Source: a virus. From it: DNA of 45,809 bases. A program made the position numbers and the translations under genes. The stretch spans positions 1 through 45,809 of IMG/VR virus record IMGVR_UViG_3300032770_000036. One strand, 5' to 3'. Shown here in pieces: positions 31,159 through 40,140 of the stretch. Position 1 is the stretch's first letter. Each line of letters opens with the position of its first letter. A model generated the notes under the pieces. It ran no database searches. It had not been told where the DNA came from and worked only from the letters and a program-made list of their open reading frames with translations.

Positions 31159-31838
31159 TACGGCCCCATGCCCCAGACGGTCCAGCCGGTGCGGCGGCGC
31201 CGGCGCGCCTCAAGCATCGGCGAACGGAACGGGAGCCGACGCGGCTCCGTCTCGTCGTCCTGCATGCGCGCTTGCTGCAGCTTCTCGTTGACCTTTTTCT
31301 CAAGCCCGAGCGCCGACTGCGGATCCTCGTTGTACCCCTGATAGATGAGCTGCTCGACGAGCCGCGTCACGGCGGCGGAGAAGCCGACGGTGAAGGCGCT
31401 TTCGTTCGCGGGGTTCTGCAGGTAGAGGCAACCCGCGCCCTCCGGCGCGATGCAATGCACCTGGCCGCCGAGGATCCTGTAGTCCATCGGCGGAAGTTTG
31501 ATCCCCTCTTTCGAGATGGTCCAAGTATCGATCGGCTGGATCAGCGCCGCGACGCGCTGATCGTAGCACTCGCGAAGCTGCAGGACGTCAGAGGGCGGCT
31601 GGTAAATGTCGGTGTAGCCGGGATAGTTCGATACGCCCTGGCGCGTCATCTGGCCGAGGACAAGTGAGAACTTCCAATCGTGCTGGATCAGCGTCTCGCG
31701 CAACGCCCGATCGTAGAAGTTGCTGGCGGCGGTCCAGGCGTCCGATCCGTCGGCGATCACCGTGAAGGGCTGGTTCCCCGTCGCCAGCATAGCGTCGTTG
31801 CAGATCTGCAGCTTGTCGATGGCGAAAGGGCTTCCCAT
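31158..31838 (-). CDS. Adaptor / tail tubular protein A (T7 gp11-like, 226 aa)
   Basis: ICNDAMLATGNQPF...DGSDA...YDRALRETLIQHDWKFS parallels T7 gp11 VNDILASIGEPPV...DA..A...L....R.IQSRGWTFN. Confidence 0.65.
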   Translation of the reverse strand: MGSPFAIDKLQICNDAMLATGNQPFTVIADGSDAWTAASNFYDRALRETLIQHDWKFSLVLGQMTRQGVSNYPGYTDIYQPPSDVLQLRECYDQRVAALIQPIDTWTISKEGIKLPPMDYRILGGQVHCIAPEGAGCLYLQNPANESAFTVGFSAAVTRLVEQLIYQGYNEDPQSALGLEKKVNEKLQQARMQDDETEPRRLPFRSPMLEARRRRRTGWTVWGMGP

Positions 31839-31884
31839 GACAGGACCATGCTCGCCGCATTCTGTCAGCGCTACGCACAGAGAA

Positions 31885-31915
31885 AGGGGCGCGCCGGTCC
31901 AGCAGTCGCGCCCCT
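31885..31915 (-). terminator. GC-rich hairpin plus a U-rich tail between the head and tail modules
   Basis: aggggcgcg (31885-31893) pairs with cgcgcccct (31907-31915) around a 13-nt loop. The minus-strand 3' flank reads UUCUCUGUG. Confidence 0.4.
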
Positions 31916-31946
31916 CGCCTTCGTTAGGCGACCTTGAATGCGGGGG

Positions 31947-32240
31947 TCAGGCCGCCTTGCCCGAAGCCTTGTGCGCCGCCGGCGCCGGTCGGATGACCTC
32001 TTTGACGCCGATCCCGCCGAGCAGCGACGGCTTGCCGCCGCTCGGCCCCGTGGCGTCCTCGAATTCCCTCACCGCCCGCGGCGGCGCGACGGCGGCGTGG
32101 CCGTCGGGCGTGGTCGCGTATTCGTGGGGGAACCGCCGGCAGGCGTCGCGCGCGTCGATCTGACAGAGGGTCATCTTGACGATCGCGTCGCCCTTTTCGT
32201 CGCGGGTCTTGAAGTAGACGTCTTCGGTAGGGATCGACAA
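31947..32240 (-). CDS. Hypothetical head-module protein (97 aa)
   Basis: Track ORF. Confidence 0.5.
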   Translation of the reverse strand: MSIPTEDVYFKTRDEKGDAIVKMTLCQIDARDACRRFPHEYATTPDGHAAVAPPRAVREFEDATGPSGGKPSLLGGIGVKEVIRPAPAAHKASGKAA

Positions 32241-32266
32241 CGCTCTCTCCGCCCTCTGTCAGGAAC

Positions 32267-32773
32267 TCAGACCTTGGCCGCGCTGTTCGGCGCGACCCAG
32301 CTCGAAAACGTGATGCTCGGCGAGGTTCCGCCGACGAGCACGTAGAGCTGCATGTACTGGAAGACGTAGTCGGCGACCTGGTTGATCCAGGCCTTCACGA
32401 ACAGCGTGCCGGCCGTCGCATCCTCGGGGATGGTCGGCGAGGCGGCGCAGACGGTGGCGAGCGTGCGCAGCGCGGCGGTCGCGGCGAGGTCGAACTGCGC
32501 CAAGACCTCCGTGTTGCCGTTGGCGAAGTTGACGTCATTCGAGCCGAGCAGCCAAAGCCCATAGAACTCGTTGGAGCTGCCCATATTGACAGCCGTGACG
32601 TTGATCGCCCACAGGCCATTGAAGCGGCCCGGGCCCATCGAGAGCTGCGTGTTCACGTTGCTCGCGTAGCCGCTGGCGGTGATCGTCTGCGCCAGGCAGA
32701 AGGCTTGCAGCGTGTCATACGGGACCGCGAACGTCGGCGTGATCGCGGGGAGGGTGGTTTTCGTCAGGGCCAT
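32267..32773 (-). CDS. Hypothetical protein (168 aa), possibly capsid decoration or cement
   Basis: Track ORF directly downstream of the capsid gene with beta-rich composition. The function is inferred from position only. Confidence 0.45.
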   Translation of the reverse strand: MALTKTTLPAITPTFAVPYDTLQAFCLAQTITASGYASNVNTQLSMGPGRFNGLWAINVTAVNMGSSNEFYGLWLLGSNDVNFANGNTEVLAQFDLAATAALRTLATVCAASPTIPEDATAGTLFVKAWINQVADYVFQYMQLYVLVGGTSPSITFSSWVAPNSAAKV

Positions 32774-32809
32774 GTGCTTCGCCTCGTCGGATCAGCAGGG
32801 ATCAGGGGG

Positions 32810-33775
32810 TTACGCGGTGATGGTCGCCTGCGTGATCGAGGTCAGGCGCGCGACGGCGCGCGGATGCTCGCGGGCGATACCCCAGTCCCACTTGATGTGA
32901 TCGCTGAGGAAGGGCACGCCGGGGACCGGGCCTTCGTCGCGGACCTGAAGCGAGGTCTGCTCGATCGCGTAAATGCCCGTGTCGTCGAAGCGGGTCAGGT
33001 AGATCGAGGCGGTCTGCGCCGCGCCGCCGCCGGCGCCGACTTCCGTGAACGGCAGCAGATCCGGCGTGTCGTCGGGATCATAGCCGAACAGGATCGGCAG
33101 CTCCTTGTACTTCATGATGCGCCGGCCGAAGTCGTCGCGGTCGAAGGCGACGGTCTGGTTGACCAGCGAATTGTTGCGCGCCGCGGCTTCCATGTAGGGC
33201 ATGAGGCCGCGCGGGAAGATCCAGTGCGTCGGCTTGTTGACCATCCAGAACAGGATGTCCAGGTTCGCCAGCGACAGCGCGCCGCCGCCCGAGGCGACGC
33301 TATTGTTGAGCAGATTGTAGTTGAGGTTCTGGCAGCGCGACTGCAGCCCGTCGGGCCCCTTCGGGTTCGAAGTATGGTCGCCCTTCATGAAGGTGGAGCT
33401 GAAATACTGCGCAAGCGCGATCGTCTTGAGCTCGCGCTGACGGGCGCGGTGGCCGGGGCCCATGCGGTCGGACAGCGCGCGGTCGACCTGAATGTACTCG
33501 TCGATGAAGAACGTGTCTTCCTCGCGGAGGTTGTACTGGCCGGTGTCCGTGTTGCCGGCGGCGTTCAGGCCGCGGAAGCCGACGACGGGCGTCTTGCTGA
33601 TGTCCATGAACTCGCGCTTGCCGGCGGTCGCGGTCAGGAACTTGACAGCGCGCATCACGTCGCTTTCGCGGACCATGTTCTCCACGAAGATGCGCGTCAG
33701 ATCACCTTCCGGGAAGGTCTGCGCGTACTGCGAGAGCGTCGTCGGGGTCGGGATCGTGACATTGATCGCGGCCAT
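32810..33775 (-). CDS. Major capsid protein (321 aa)
   Basis: The call rests on size and position in the order portal, scaffold, capsid, adaptor. Confidence 0.7.
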   Translation of the reverse strand: MAAINVTIPTPTTLSQYAQTFPEGDLTRIFVENMVRESDVMRAVKFLTATAGKREFMDISKTPVVGFRGLNAAGNTDTGQYNLREEDTFFIDEYIQVDRALSDRMGPGHRARQRELKTIALAQYFSSTFMKGDHTSNPKGPDGLQSRCQNLNYNLLNNSVASGGGALSLANLDILFWMVNKPTHWIFPRGLMPYMEAAARNNSLVNQTVAFDRDDFGRRIMKYKELPILFGYDPDDTPDLLPFTEVGAGGGAAQTASIYLTRFDDTGIYAIEQTSLQVRDEGPVPGVPFLSDHIKWDWGIAREHPRAVARLTSITQATITA

Positions 33776-33821
33776 CTGCTTGTCTCCTAGCCTTCCTTAA
33801 GCCGCCAACCCGGCTCGCTTC

Positions 33822-34640
33822 TCAGAGATGACCGCCCGCCTGAAGCTTCTCGACGAACGTCATCTTATCGTACCCCTCGATCTTGCCCGCCGGCGCCGCG
33901 CCATTGCCGCGCGCCCGCGTCAGCGACGTCACGCCCTGGTTGCCGAGGGCGCGCTGAACGCCCTCCCAAGCCTCGATCACGCCGGTCGTGAACAACGTCT
34001 TGCCGAGCTCGAAAGTGACCTTCTCGTTCGGCGCGATCGTCTTGAAGAACGTCGTCAGCGCGTCGATGCGCGCCGCCTTGTTCGGCCCTAGCGCTTCGTC
34101 GCGCGCCTTGATGGCGTCGGCGATCGCGCGCTGCTGCGCCATGAGGCGCTGCGCCTCGAAGCCGAGCATCGCGGAAAAGTCTTTCTGCGACAGGCCGGCG
34201 GCGTGCGCGAACTCGGCGGCGGCCTTGAAGCGCGGATCGTTCACGTCGATCTGCAGGCCCTCGGGCAGGCCGTCGATCTTCGGCAGCTCCGCCTTGTATT
34301 CGCCCGGCGCCTTCGGGACGCCTGCGGCGCGAGCGCGCGCCGCGTCGGCGTCGGCGAACAGCGCCTTGATGTCCTCGACCTTCGCGCCCTTGTCCTTGTC
34401 CCACAGTGTCTCGGGAAGCCAGTCGGGGCGAGCGGCTGCGGCGCTCGTAGCCGCCGCAGCGCCCTTGTCGTCGGCGGCAGGGCCCTTGATGAAGCTATCG
34501 CCGACGTTGTTGCTGCTGCTGGCGTTGCTGTTCTGTGAGGCCGGCGTCGTCGAGCTCCCCGACGCGCCGGAGGCTGCGCCCGAAGCCGACTGGCCGGGGT
34601 TCGCGTTTGCCGCCGAGGAGTTGTTCGGTTCGTCCGCCAT
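33822..34640 (-). CDS. Scaffolding protein (272 aa; start at ATG 34640)
   Basis: It lies between the portal and capsid genes. The N-terminus is low-complexity Ser/Asn/Ala and the body is helical and Ala/Lys/Asp-rich. Confidence 0.6.
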   Translation of the reverse strand: MADEPNNSSAANANPGQSASGAASGASGSSTTPASQNSNASSSNNVGDSFIKGPAADDKGAAAATSAAAARPDWLPETLWDKDKGAKVEDIKALFADADAARARAAGVPKAPGEYKAELPKIDGLPEGLQIDVNDPRFKAAAEFAHAAGLSQKDFSAMLGFEAQRLMAQQRAIADAIKARDEALGPNKAARIDALTTFFKTIAPNEKVTFELGKTLFTTGVIEAWEGVQRALGNQGVTSLTRARGNGAAPAGKIEGYDKMTFVEKLQAGGHL

Positions 34641-34836
34641 CGCCTGCGTATCTGTCCAGGAGCTCAACGAGTTCGCGCGCAAGACTGCGCCGCCCCTCAT
34701 GGCGCTCCAACGCACCAGCCCTGTCAGTGTGCGGGCAGACGGACATCATCTCGGCCAGAAGCAGCTCGCGGGCGTTGCGGCCCGCCGGCGTCGCCCCGAA
34801 GGCCGCCCAGGTTTCCTCGACGTCGTCGCGGTTCAT
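34495..34836 (-). CDS. Small head-module protein (Bbp19-like flavour)
   Basis: The ATG at 34836 overlaps the portal stop (ATGA). The sequence reads MNRDDVEETWAAFGATPAGRNARELLLAEMM...RHEGRRSLARELVELL. Its 3' 146 nt overlap the scaffold gene out of frame. Confidence 0.4.
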   Translation of the reverse strand: MNRDDVEETWAAFGATPAGRNARELLLAEMMSVCPHTDRAGALERHEGRRSLARELVELLDRYAGDGGRTEQLLGGKREPRPVGFGRSLRRVGELDDAGLTEQQRQQQQQRRR

Positions 34837-36545
34837 CTTTGCGCCCCCGACATCGCCCCGCGGATCTGCGTGATCGGCGGCGGCGCCGGCGCGGGACCGA
34901 CGGGCGCGGGCGGCGCGGGCTGGCCGGCGTTGGCCGCCGCCGCAGGCGCGCCGGGCGTCTGGCCGCCGAGAACCTGCGCCAGCAGCGGCGCGACCTTGGC
35001 GACGTCGTCGGGCTTGCGCATGACGATGACGTCGTCCGCGCCGCCCTTGCGGATCAGGTTCTCGATCGTCGCGCCGCCGTCGACCTTGAGCTTCCACTCC
35101 TCGGGGAAGGCCTGGCCGCCGATCTCGATCACGCGCGCCGCCTGCGCGACCTTCTGCTGGTCGGCCGCCTTGCGCGCGGGGTTCTGCGGCTGCAGCGAAA
35201 CCTCTTCGCCGTTGTGCTTGACCTTGCTGACAGCGCCGCGCTGGACGAGCAGATATTCAAAGCGCTCGAAGACGCCGACGCACCATTCGCCCCAGAACGC
35301 TTGCCCCGGCGTGCCGATGCGCCGCTGCGCCATCGTCATCTCGTCGAGCCATTGCGTCGCGCTCGGCGGCGTCTTGCCCATCTGGTCAGGGAAATCGAGG
35401 AAGTGCAGCCGCTTGATGCGCTGCTCGACGTCGTTTCTGTCATAGATCGCGACGTTCGGCGACGTGCTTTCGTAGATGTTCTTGATCGCGTCCTCGGAAC
35501 CGACGCGCACGGGATAGGCGTAGCCGGCCTCGATCCCCTCCTCGAAATTGACGACGCTGTCATCGGGAATGGCGATCGGCGGCCGCAGGCTGATGTCGCA
35601 GTTGAGGATCTTGGCCGCCGCCAGCTCGTCGAGATGGCGATAGTCCGGCAGGCACTTGATCCCCGGCCCGGCGCCGAACGCCCATTCCTTCATCGCGCCG
35701 AAACGCGCGACGACGAGCGGAATAGAGCCCGCGCCTTTGATTTTGGCGTCCTTGACGACGTGATTGTCGACGACGACCAAGTAATTCCAGACGATGTCAG
35801 AGTTGACGCGCCAATCACGCCAGAAGGACTTGCGGACCTCGACAGACTTCTTGCGGGCTTTCTTGTCCTTCATCTGCTTGACGATTTCGGCGGGCCACTC
35901 GGTTATGTCTGGCAATACTTCCGGCAGATGCTTGATCTGCGTGTGCTGGACATGCGACCGGAAGTCGACATGGCCGGTTGGCCCGGTGCCGATTTCGAGC
36001 TCGTGCAGCGGGACGGCCTGGCACTCAATACCCGCGTAGGCGCGGGGATCGTCGATCCACATGGCGACGGTTCCCGCCGCCAGGTCGGGCATGAAGCCGA
36101 CGCCGCTTTCCGCATAGAAGTTGCTCGCGCTGATCGCCTCGAAAATCTTGGCGTCTTCCTCTTTGATCTTGTCGGCGATGACGTCCTTGACCGCCGGAGG
36201 CACGTTGAGGCCGGGCGCGCGCGCGACCCACGGCGTGACCTCGGGCGTGAACGTGGTCATGATGACGGTCGCGAAGTCTTCCGCCATCTCGATCGCGTAG
36301 GACGTGTTGCTTTCGCCGGCGTCGAGCGGCTTGACGCTGTTCTTGGTGCGCGAGGAAAGCTGGCGCGCGCGGTGCGGCGCGGCGAAGAAATAGAGCTCGC
36401 GAAGGTCGCGCTCCCACTCGGCCTTGTGGACGCGGGCGTCTTCGAGCAGCTCGGCCTCGCGCTCCTTTAGCGTCAAGCGCCTGTCAGCGGTTTCCTTGTC
36501 GAGCGTCTCGACGATCGGCTCGTCGGCGGGGAGGTTGTCGGCCAT
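34833..36545 (-). CDS. Portal protein (T7 gp8-type head-to-tail connector, 570 aa)
   Basis: The call rests on size, position after the terminase, the conserved-looking segment ...GKTPPSATQWLDEMTMAQRRIG..., and a Pro/Ala-rich C-terminal tail. Confidence 0.75.
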   Translation of the reverse strand: MADNLPADEPIVETLDKETADRRLTLKEREAELLEDARVHKAEWERDLRELYFFAAPHRARQLSSRTKNSVKPLDAGESNTSYAIEMAEDFATVIMTTFTPEVTPWVARAPGLNVPPAVKDVIADKIKEEDAKIFEAISASNFYAESGVGFMPDLAAGTVAMWIDDPRAYAGIECQAVPLHELEIGTGPTGHVDFRSHVQHTQIKHLPEVLPDITEWPAEIVKQMKDKKARKKSVEVRKSFWRDWRVNSDIVWNYLVVVDNHVVKDAKIKGAGSIPLVVARFGAMKEWAFGAGPGIKCLPDYRHLDELAAAKILNCDISLRPPIAIPDDSVVNFEEGIEAGYAYPVRVGSEDAIKNIYESTSPNVAIYDRNDVEQRIKRLHFLDFPDQMGKTPPSATQWLDEMTMAQRRIGTPGQAFWGEWCVGVFERFEYLLVQRGAVSKVKHNGEEVSLQPQNPARKAADQQKVAQAARVIEIGGQAFPEEWKLKVDGGATIENLIRKGGADDVIVMRKPDDVAKVAPLLAQVLGGQTPGAPAAAANAGQPAPPAPVGPAPAPPPITQIRGAMSGAQR

Positions 36546-36736
36546 CAGGCTTTACCCTGCGCCGGCTGCTGCGGGAGCTGGATATAGCTAAGCTGCGTCC
36601 CATTTCCGAACATCGACCACAAATTCTCGGTCTGTTGGCCGAGGCTCTGCTGGATCTGCTGCGTCGCAAGCTGCTGGGCCTGCTGCTGCTGTTCGACCAG
36701 CGTCGGGTCCGGTTGCGCCTGGGGAATATCGACCAT
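36545..36736 (-). CDS. Gln-rich small protein (63 aa)
   Basis: Track ORF with high GC3 and a TGATG overlap with the portal start. Confidence 0.5.
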   Translation of the reverse strand: MVDIPQAQPDPTLVEQQQQAQQLATQQIQQSLGQQTENLWSMFGNGTQLSYIQLPQQPAQGKA

Positions 36737-37151
36737 GAATGACGATCTCGGCTCCGTTCGCGAGGCAGTCTCGCCACAGCGCGTCGGGCCTCAACGCACT
36801 TCCTGGCAGATTGAGCAGCCTGCGGACGGCCGGCACGCACCAGAAGCCGATCAGCGCTGACAGCGGCGGCCGGCCGGCGCTGCCACGGCGCATCTTCAGG
36901 ACCGACGCGCCGGCGACATATTTCGCGATCAGCGCGAAGCCCTCGGTGCCGCCCGGCGAGACTGTCAGCCGCGCGCCGCCGGTGAGCCAGACGTCGAAGA
37001 AAACCCATGCGTGGACGCCCTCGGCCCAGGCGAAGGCGCGCACGTGCTTGAAGCGGCCCGGCACGACGCGGCGCCAGAAGGCGTCATCGCATTCGGGATG
37101 GAAGACGATGAACCATTCCTCGATCTCTTGGGCGCGCGCGAGATAGATCAT
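36588..37151 (-). CDS. Hypothetical protein (187 aa; start at ATG 37151)
   Basis: Track ORF 36588..37376 trimmed, with an ATGA overlap with the terminase stop. GC3 collapses over the last 50 or so codons, which overlap the 63-aa ORF. Confidence 0.5.
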   Translation of the reverse strand: MIYLARAQEIEEWFIVFHPECDDAFWRRVVPGRFKHVRAFAWAEGVHAWVFFDVWLTGGARLTVSPGGTEGFALIAKYVAGASVLKMRRGSAGRPPLSALIGFWCVPAVRRLLNLPGSALRPDALWRDCLANGAEIVIHGRYSPGATGPDAGRTAAAGPAACDAADPAEPRPTDREFVVDVRKWDAA

Positions 37152-38704
37152 TCCGCGACCCGGCGCAGCGAGCGCCGCCCCTTCCAGACGCTCATCGGGC
37201 GGCGCGGCGCTTCCGCGGTGAGGCCGACCATGACGCGCCCCTCGCCGATCCCAAGACACAGATATTGCAGGCAATCCGCGACATCGGAATAAGGATCCTT
37301 GACCGGCTCGGGGTCGCCAAGGGCTTTCTTGCGGACGTGGTAGCGCCCCGCCATCGCCGCCTTGAGCGTCGGGCAATTGTCTTTCGAGATCTGCAGGCGC
37401 GGCATGCCGTTGTGCATGCTCGCCAGAATGCTGTCGACCGCGGCTAGCCGTGTTGGCAGATTGTTGTTCTTGACCGGCGCGGGCTCGACCTTGACGTCGT
37501 GCGCGTCGAAGATCTCGTAGGAGGAGCGCTCGGTCGCCTGTCCCTTGTCGCGCCCCTTGGGGTCGCCCCAGATCTTATAGCGAAAGCCGGGGTAGTGCTT
37601 CTCCAGGAATTTCTTGAAGATCGGCGCGAAGATGACGGACGACGCCCCGTAGGCGCGCAGCTCGTATTGCACGAACAGCCGATTATTGATTTCCTGGCCG
37701 AAGATCGCGCAGGGCCGGCGGCCGAAATCCATCCCGATGACGACGTCGTGACCCTTGACGGGATAGAGTGTCGTCGCCGAGACGTGCGTGTCGATGTTGA
37801 AGCTGGGGTGAACGGGGTCGCCGTCGATGACGAGGGTGATCACGTTGCGCAGGCGGCTGTCGATCCAGGCCTTGGTCTTGCCGCGCGACTTCTCCTCGTA
37901 ATAGCCGGGCTTGAGCCATTTGAGGTTTTCGGCCTTCTCGTTGGTCCTGTAGCCGACGACCACGCCGCGGCTGTCACGGACCTCGTCGAGGGCGTGCGGC
38001 TGGATATGGTAGGCCCAATTCGAGGGCAGACCGAGCAGCTCACGCTCGGCCTCCGGCATGTTCTCGGGCGCCGGGACTTCGCCTGTCATGATCGGGAGCC
38101 AATGGTCCTCGGGCGGCGCGTTCATGTCAGCGATGACACCGTCCCAATTCGAGCCGCCCTCTTTCATCGAGGGGAAGCGGCCGGTCCTGCTTTCGGCCTC
38201 GTCGAAGATCGGCTTGTTGACGAATTCCAGCTCGTTGAACCACGCGCCGGTGTATTCGAGCGAGCGCAGTTTCTTGATGTCCTCAGGCTCGTCGAGGGCG
38301 AGAAAGATCACGTCGAGCTCGACGTCGCCGACCCTGACCTCGTGCGTCGGCGGCCGCTCCCAGCTCATGCGGCCGTAGAGATGCTCGGGGAACCAGTCGA
38401 GCCATGTCTTGATCGTGGTTTCGTGCAGCTCGGGATAGGTCGAGCGAACGACGATCCACTTCGAGCGACGCTTGCCTGTCAGTGTGCTTCTGCGCTGGCC
38501 GATCGCCTGGCGGTAGATCTTGATGCACGACGCCGACGACGTGCCCGATCCGATCGGGCCGCGAATGATGACGACGTGCTTGTCGTCCTCGATATAGGCT
38601 GACAGCACCGAGCCGTCGGGCTCGTAGATGAGCTGGCCGCTTTCCGAGACCTCAAGCCCGGGCGGTTTATCCCGCGGCTTTGCCGGGTCCGCCATCGGAT
38701 CCAT
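37148..38704 (-). CDS. terL: Terminase large subunit
   Basis: The P-loop reads IIRGPIGSGTSSA and the Walker B/coupling segment reads GAWFNELEF. Nuclease acidic residues lie in VVIGMDFG and ...SDVADCLQYL. The protein is 518 aa. Confidence 0.8.
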   Translation of the reverse strand: MDPMADPAKPRDKPPGLEVSESGQLIYEPDGSVLSAYIEDDKHVVIIRGPIGSGTSSASCIKIYRQAIGQRRSTLTGKRRSKWIVVRSTYPELHETTIKTWLDWFPEHLYGRMSWERPPTHEVRVGDVELDVIFLALDEPEDIKKLRSLEYTGAWFNELEFVNKPIFDEAESRTGRFPSMKEGGSNWDGVIADMNAPPEDHWLPIMTGEVPAPENMPEAERELLGLPSNWAYHIQPHALDEVRDSRGVVVGYRTNEKAENLKWLKPGYYEEKSRGKTKAWIDSRLRNVITLVIDGDPVHPSFNIDTHVSATTLYPVKGHDVVIGMDFGRRPCAIFGQEINNRLFVQYELRAYGASSVIFAPIFKKFLEKHYPGFRYKIWGDPKGRDKGQATERSSYEIFDAHDVKVEPAPVKNNNLPTRLAAVDSILASMHNGMPRLQISKDNCPTLKAAMAGRYHVRKKALGDPEPVKDPYSDVADCLQYLCLGIGEGRVMVGLTAEAPRRPMSVWKGRRSLRRVAE

Positions 38705-38966
38705 GCCCGGAGTTGTCGTGCATCCAGCGGAATTTCAGCACTTCCATGCCGGACGTGATCTCGTGGAACCAGCCGTCGGTCGCGGCCCAGCACGTTCCTA
38801 TTGCGCCGGGCCCCTCGACCGTGACAGCCGCGAGCGACCTGATCTTGCCATCCTTCGCGAGGGCGAGCAGATCCTCAAGCAGCATAACGAGCTGCGGCAT
38901 GGCTCTTGTCTTCGTCCGTTCCGCGAAACCCGAATTGTGGTGCGGCAGGTCGACGACGTTCGTCAT
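38667..38966 (-). CDS. Hypothetical protein (99 aa) immediately upstream of terL
   Basis: Track ORF overlapping terL by 38 nt. A small-terminase role is possible from position only. Confidence 0.45.
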   Translation of the reverse strand: MTNVVDLPHHNSGFAERTKTRAMPQLVMLLEDLLALAKDGKIRSLAAVTVEGPGAIGTCWAATDGWFHEITSGMEVLKFRWMHDNSGHGSDGGPGKAAG

Positions 38967-39331
38967 CAGCGCCCTCGATACGGGCCAGGACCGCCGCCGG
39001 CGGGAAAGGCGTCGGGGATACCGCCCTTGATGATCCCGGAGGCGTAGGCGCCATAGACGATCGGGGCGAGCTTCTCCAACACCTTGCTCAGCTCAAGCGC
39101 GGTTCCGGGCTCGATACCGAAGTCGACGAGGATCTGCTGCACGCCGTTCGCGAAGGCGACCGCGTCGTTGAAGTCGAGCTTTCGATCGTGGATTTCGCGG
39201 ACCAGCACGACGGCGGCGCCGGCGGCGGTCGAGATGTCATCTATGACCACGGCGTCGCTCGCCTTCGCCTTGCCGCCGAGCGGCCCCGCCAGGAAGCGGA
39301 GCGCCGCGGCAAGAACAGATTTCCAGTTCAC
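38966..39331 (-). CDS. Hypothetical protein (121 aa)
   Basis: Track ORF. Confidence 0.5.
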   Translation of the reverse strand: MNWKSVLAAALRFLAGPLGGKAKASDAVVIDDISTAAGAAVVLVREIHDRKLDFNDAVAFANGVQQILVDFGIEPGTALELSKVLEKLAPIVYGAYASGIIKGGIPDAFPAGGGPGPYRGR

Positions 39332-39708
39332 TGCGCGCCGTTCTGGATCTTGTTGACCTGGGCGATCGCGGCCCCGATCTTGGCGATCAGCGTCGCCGAA
39401 TTAACCGTGGCGGGGTTCTCGCAGATCGTGTTGATGACAGCCTGCGCGCTCTGCACGTCCTTGCTCTGCTGTGCTGTCAGCTTGGAGATCCCGAGCACGA
39501 GATTGACGTCAGCCTGCAGGAACGGGACGAAGCCGCAGGCGAGCGCAGTGCTCATGCCCGCCTCGCTCTCGATGTTCTGCAGGTCCGATTGGACCTTGGC
39601 GAGCGAGCCCTGCAGGTCGGCGCTGCAGGCGTCGGGCGCCGTGGCGTCGAAGATGAAGGGCAGCGCGACAACCGTGAGGATCAGGTAAGAGCGGAATGTG
39701 AGCTGCAC
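39328..39708 (-). CDS. Signal-anchored periplasmic protein (126 aa; possibly spanin-like)
   Basis: The N-terminus reads MQLTFRSYLILTVVALPFIFDATA, followed by a helical Gln-rich body with four Cys. It lies within the lysis cluster. Confidence 0.45.
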   Translation of the reverse strand: MQLTFRSYLILTVVALPFIFDATAPDACSADLQGSLAKVQSDLQNIESEAGMSTALACGFVPFLQADVNLVLGISKLTAQQSKDVQSAQAVINTICENPATVNSATLIAKIGAAIAQVNKIQNGAQ

Positions 39709-39720
39709 GGGAAACTCCTG

Positions 39721-40128
39721 TCAGTTCGGCTTCGGGGGAGGCGCGACGGCGGTCATGCTGGCTTGCAGGCGGCCGAACGACGCGACGAGCTTGTGAGCGA
39801 CGGCGACGGGGTCGAGGCCGACGGCGTGAAGCTCCTCGGGGATCGCGCCGGTGATCTTGGTCACGAGGTCGGCGATCATCGGAGAATGCACGTCGATCGA
39901 CTTCGTCGCGAGATTGTCGGTCGCCTTGGCGATTTCCTGCGCCGCCTTGTCGTCGATGTATTTCTCGACCTTGGCGAGGAGCGCCTGATCGACGGCGATC
40001 CCGGTGTAGCGCTTGACCTCGGCCACGAGGATACCGCCGACGCCGGTCACGATGGCGCCGAAGATGGCGACGAAATAGGGCTGCGCGGCGGCGAGCATCG
40101 AGCCGAGGGTGATGGTCGTGTCGGACAC
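39721..40128 (-). CDS. Holin-like membrane protein (135 aa)
   Basis: There is one N-terminal transmembrane helix (AAQPYFVAIFGAIVTGVGGILVA). The gene lies directly downstream of the endolysin gene. Confidence 0.4.
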   Translation of the reverse strand: MSDTTITLGSMLAAAQPYFVAIFGAIVTGVGGILVAEVKRYTGIAVDQALLAKVEKYIDDKAAQEIAKATDNLATKSIDVHSPMIADLVTKITGAIPEELHAVGLDPVAVAHKLVASFGRLQASMTAVAPPPKPN

Positions 40129-40140
40129 AGGGTTCTCCTG

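Noticed and set aside
23609-31341. Very long plus-strand ORFs (23609..25195, 25101..26549, 26574..28589, 29566..31341) opposite the virion genes
   Set aside because: These are typical high-GC antisense shadow ORFs. They are Arg/Gly/Asp/Ala-rich with no motifs, and third-position bias favours the minus-strand frames, which carry recognisable domains.
34839-38602. Plus-strand ORFs 34839..36470 and 37499..38602 opposite the portal and terminase genes
   Set aside because: These are shadow ORFs of the same kind. The minus-strand frames have clear portal and terminase features.
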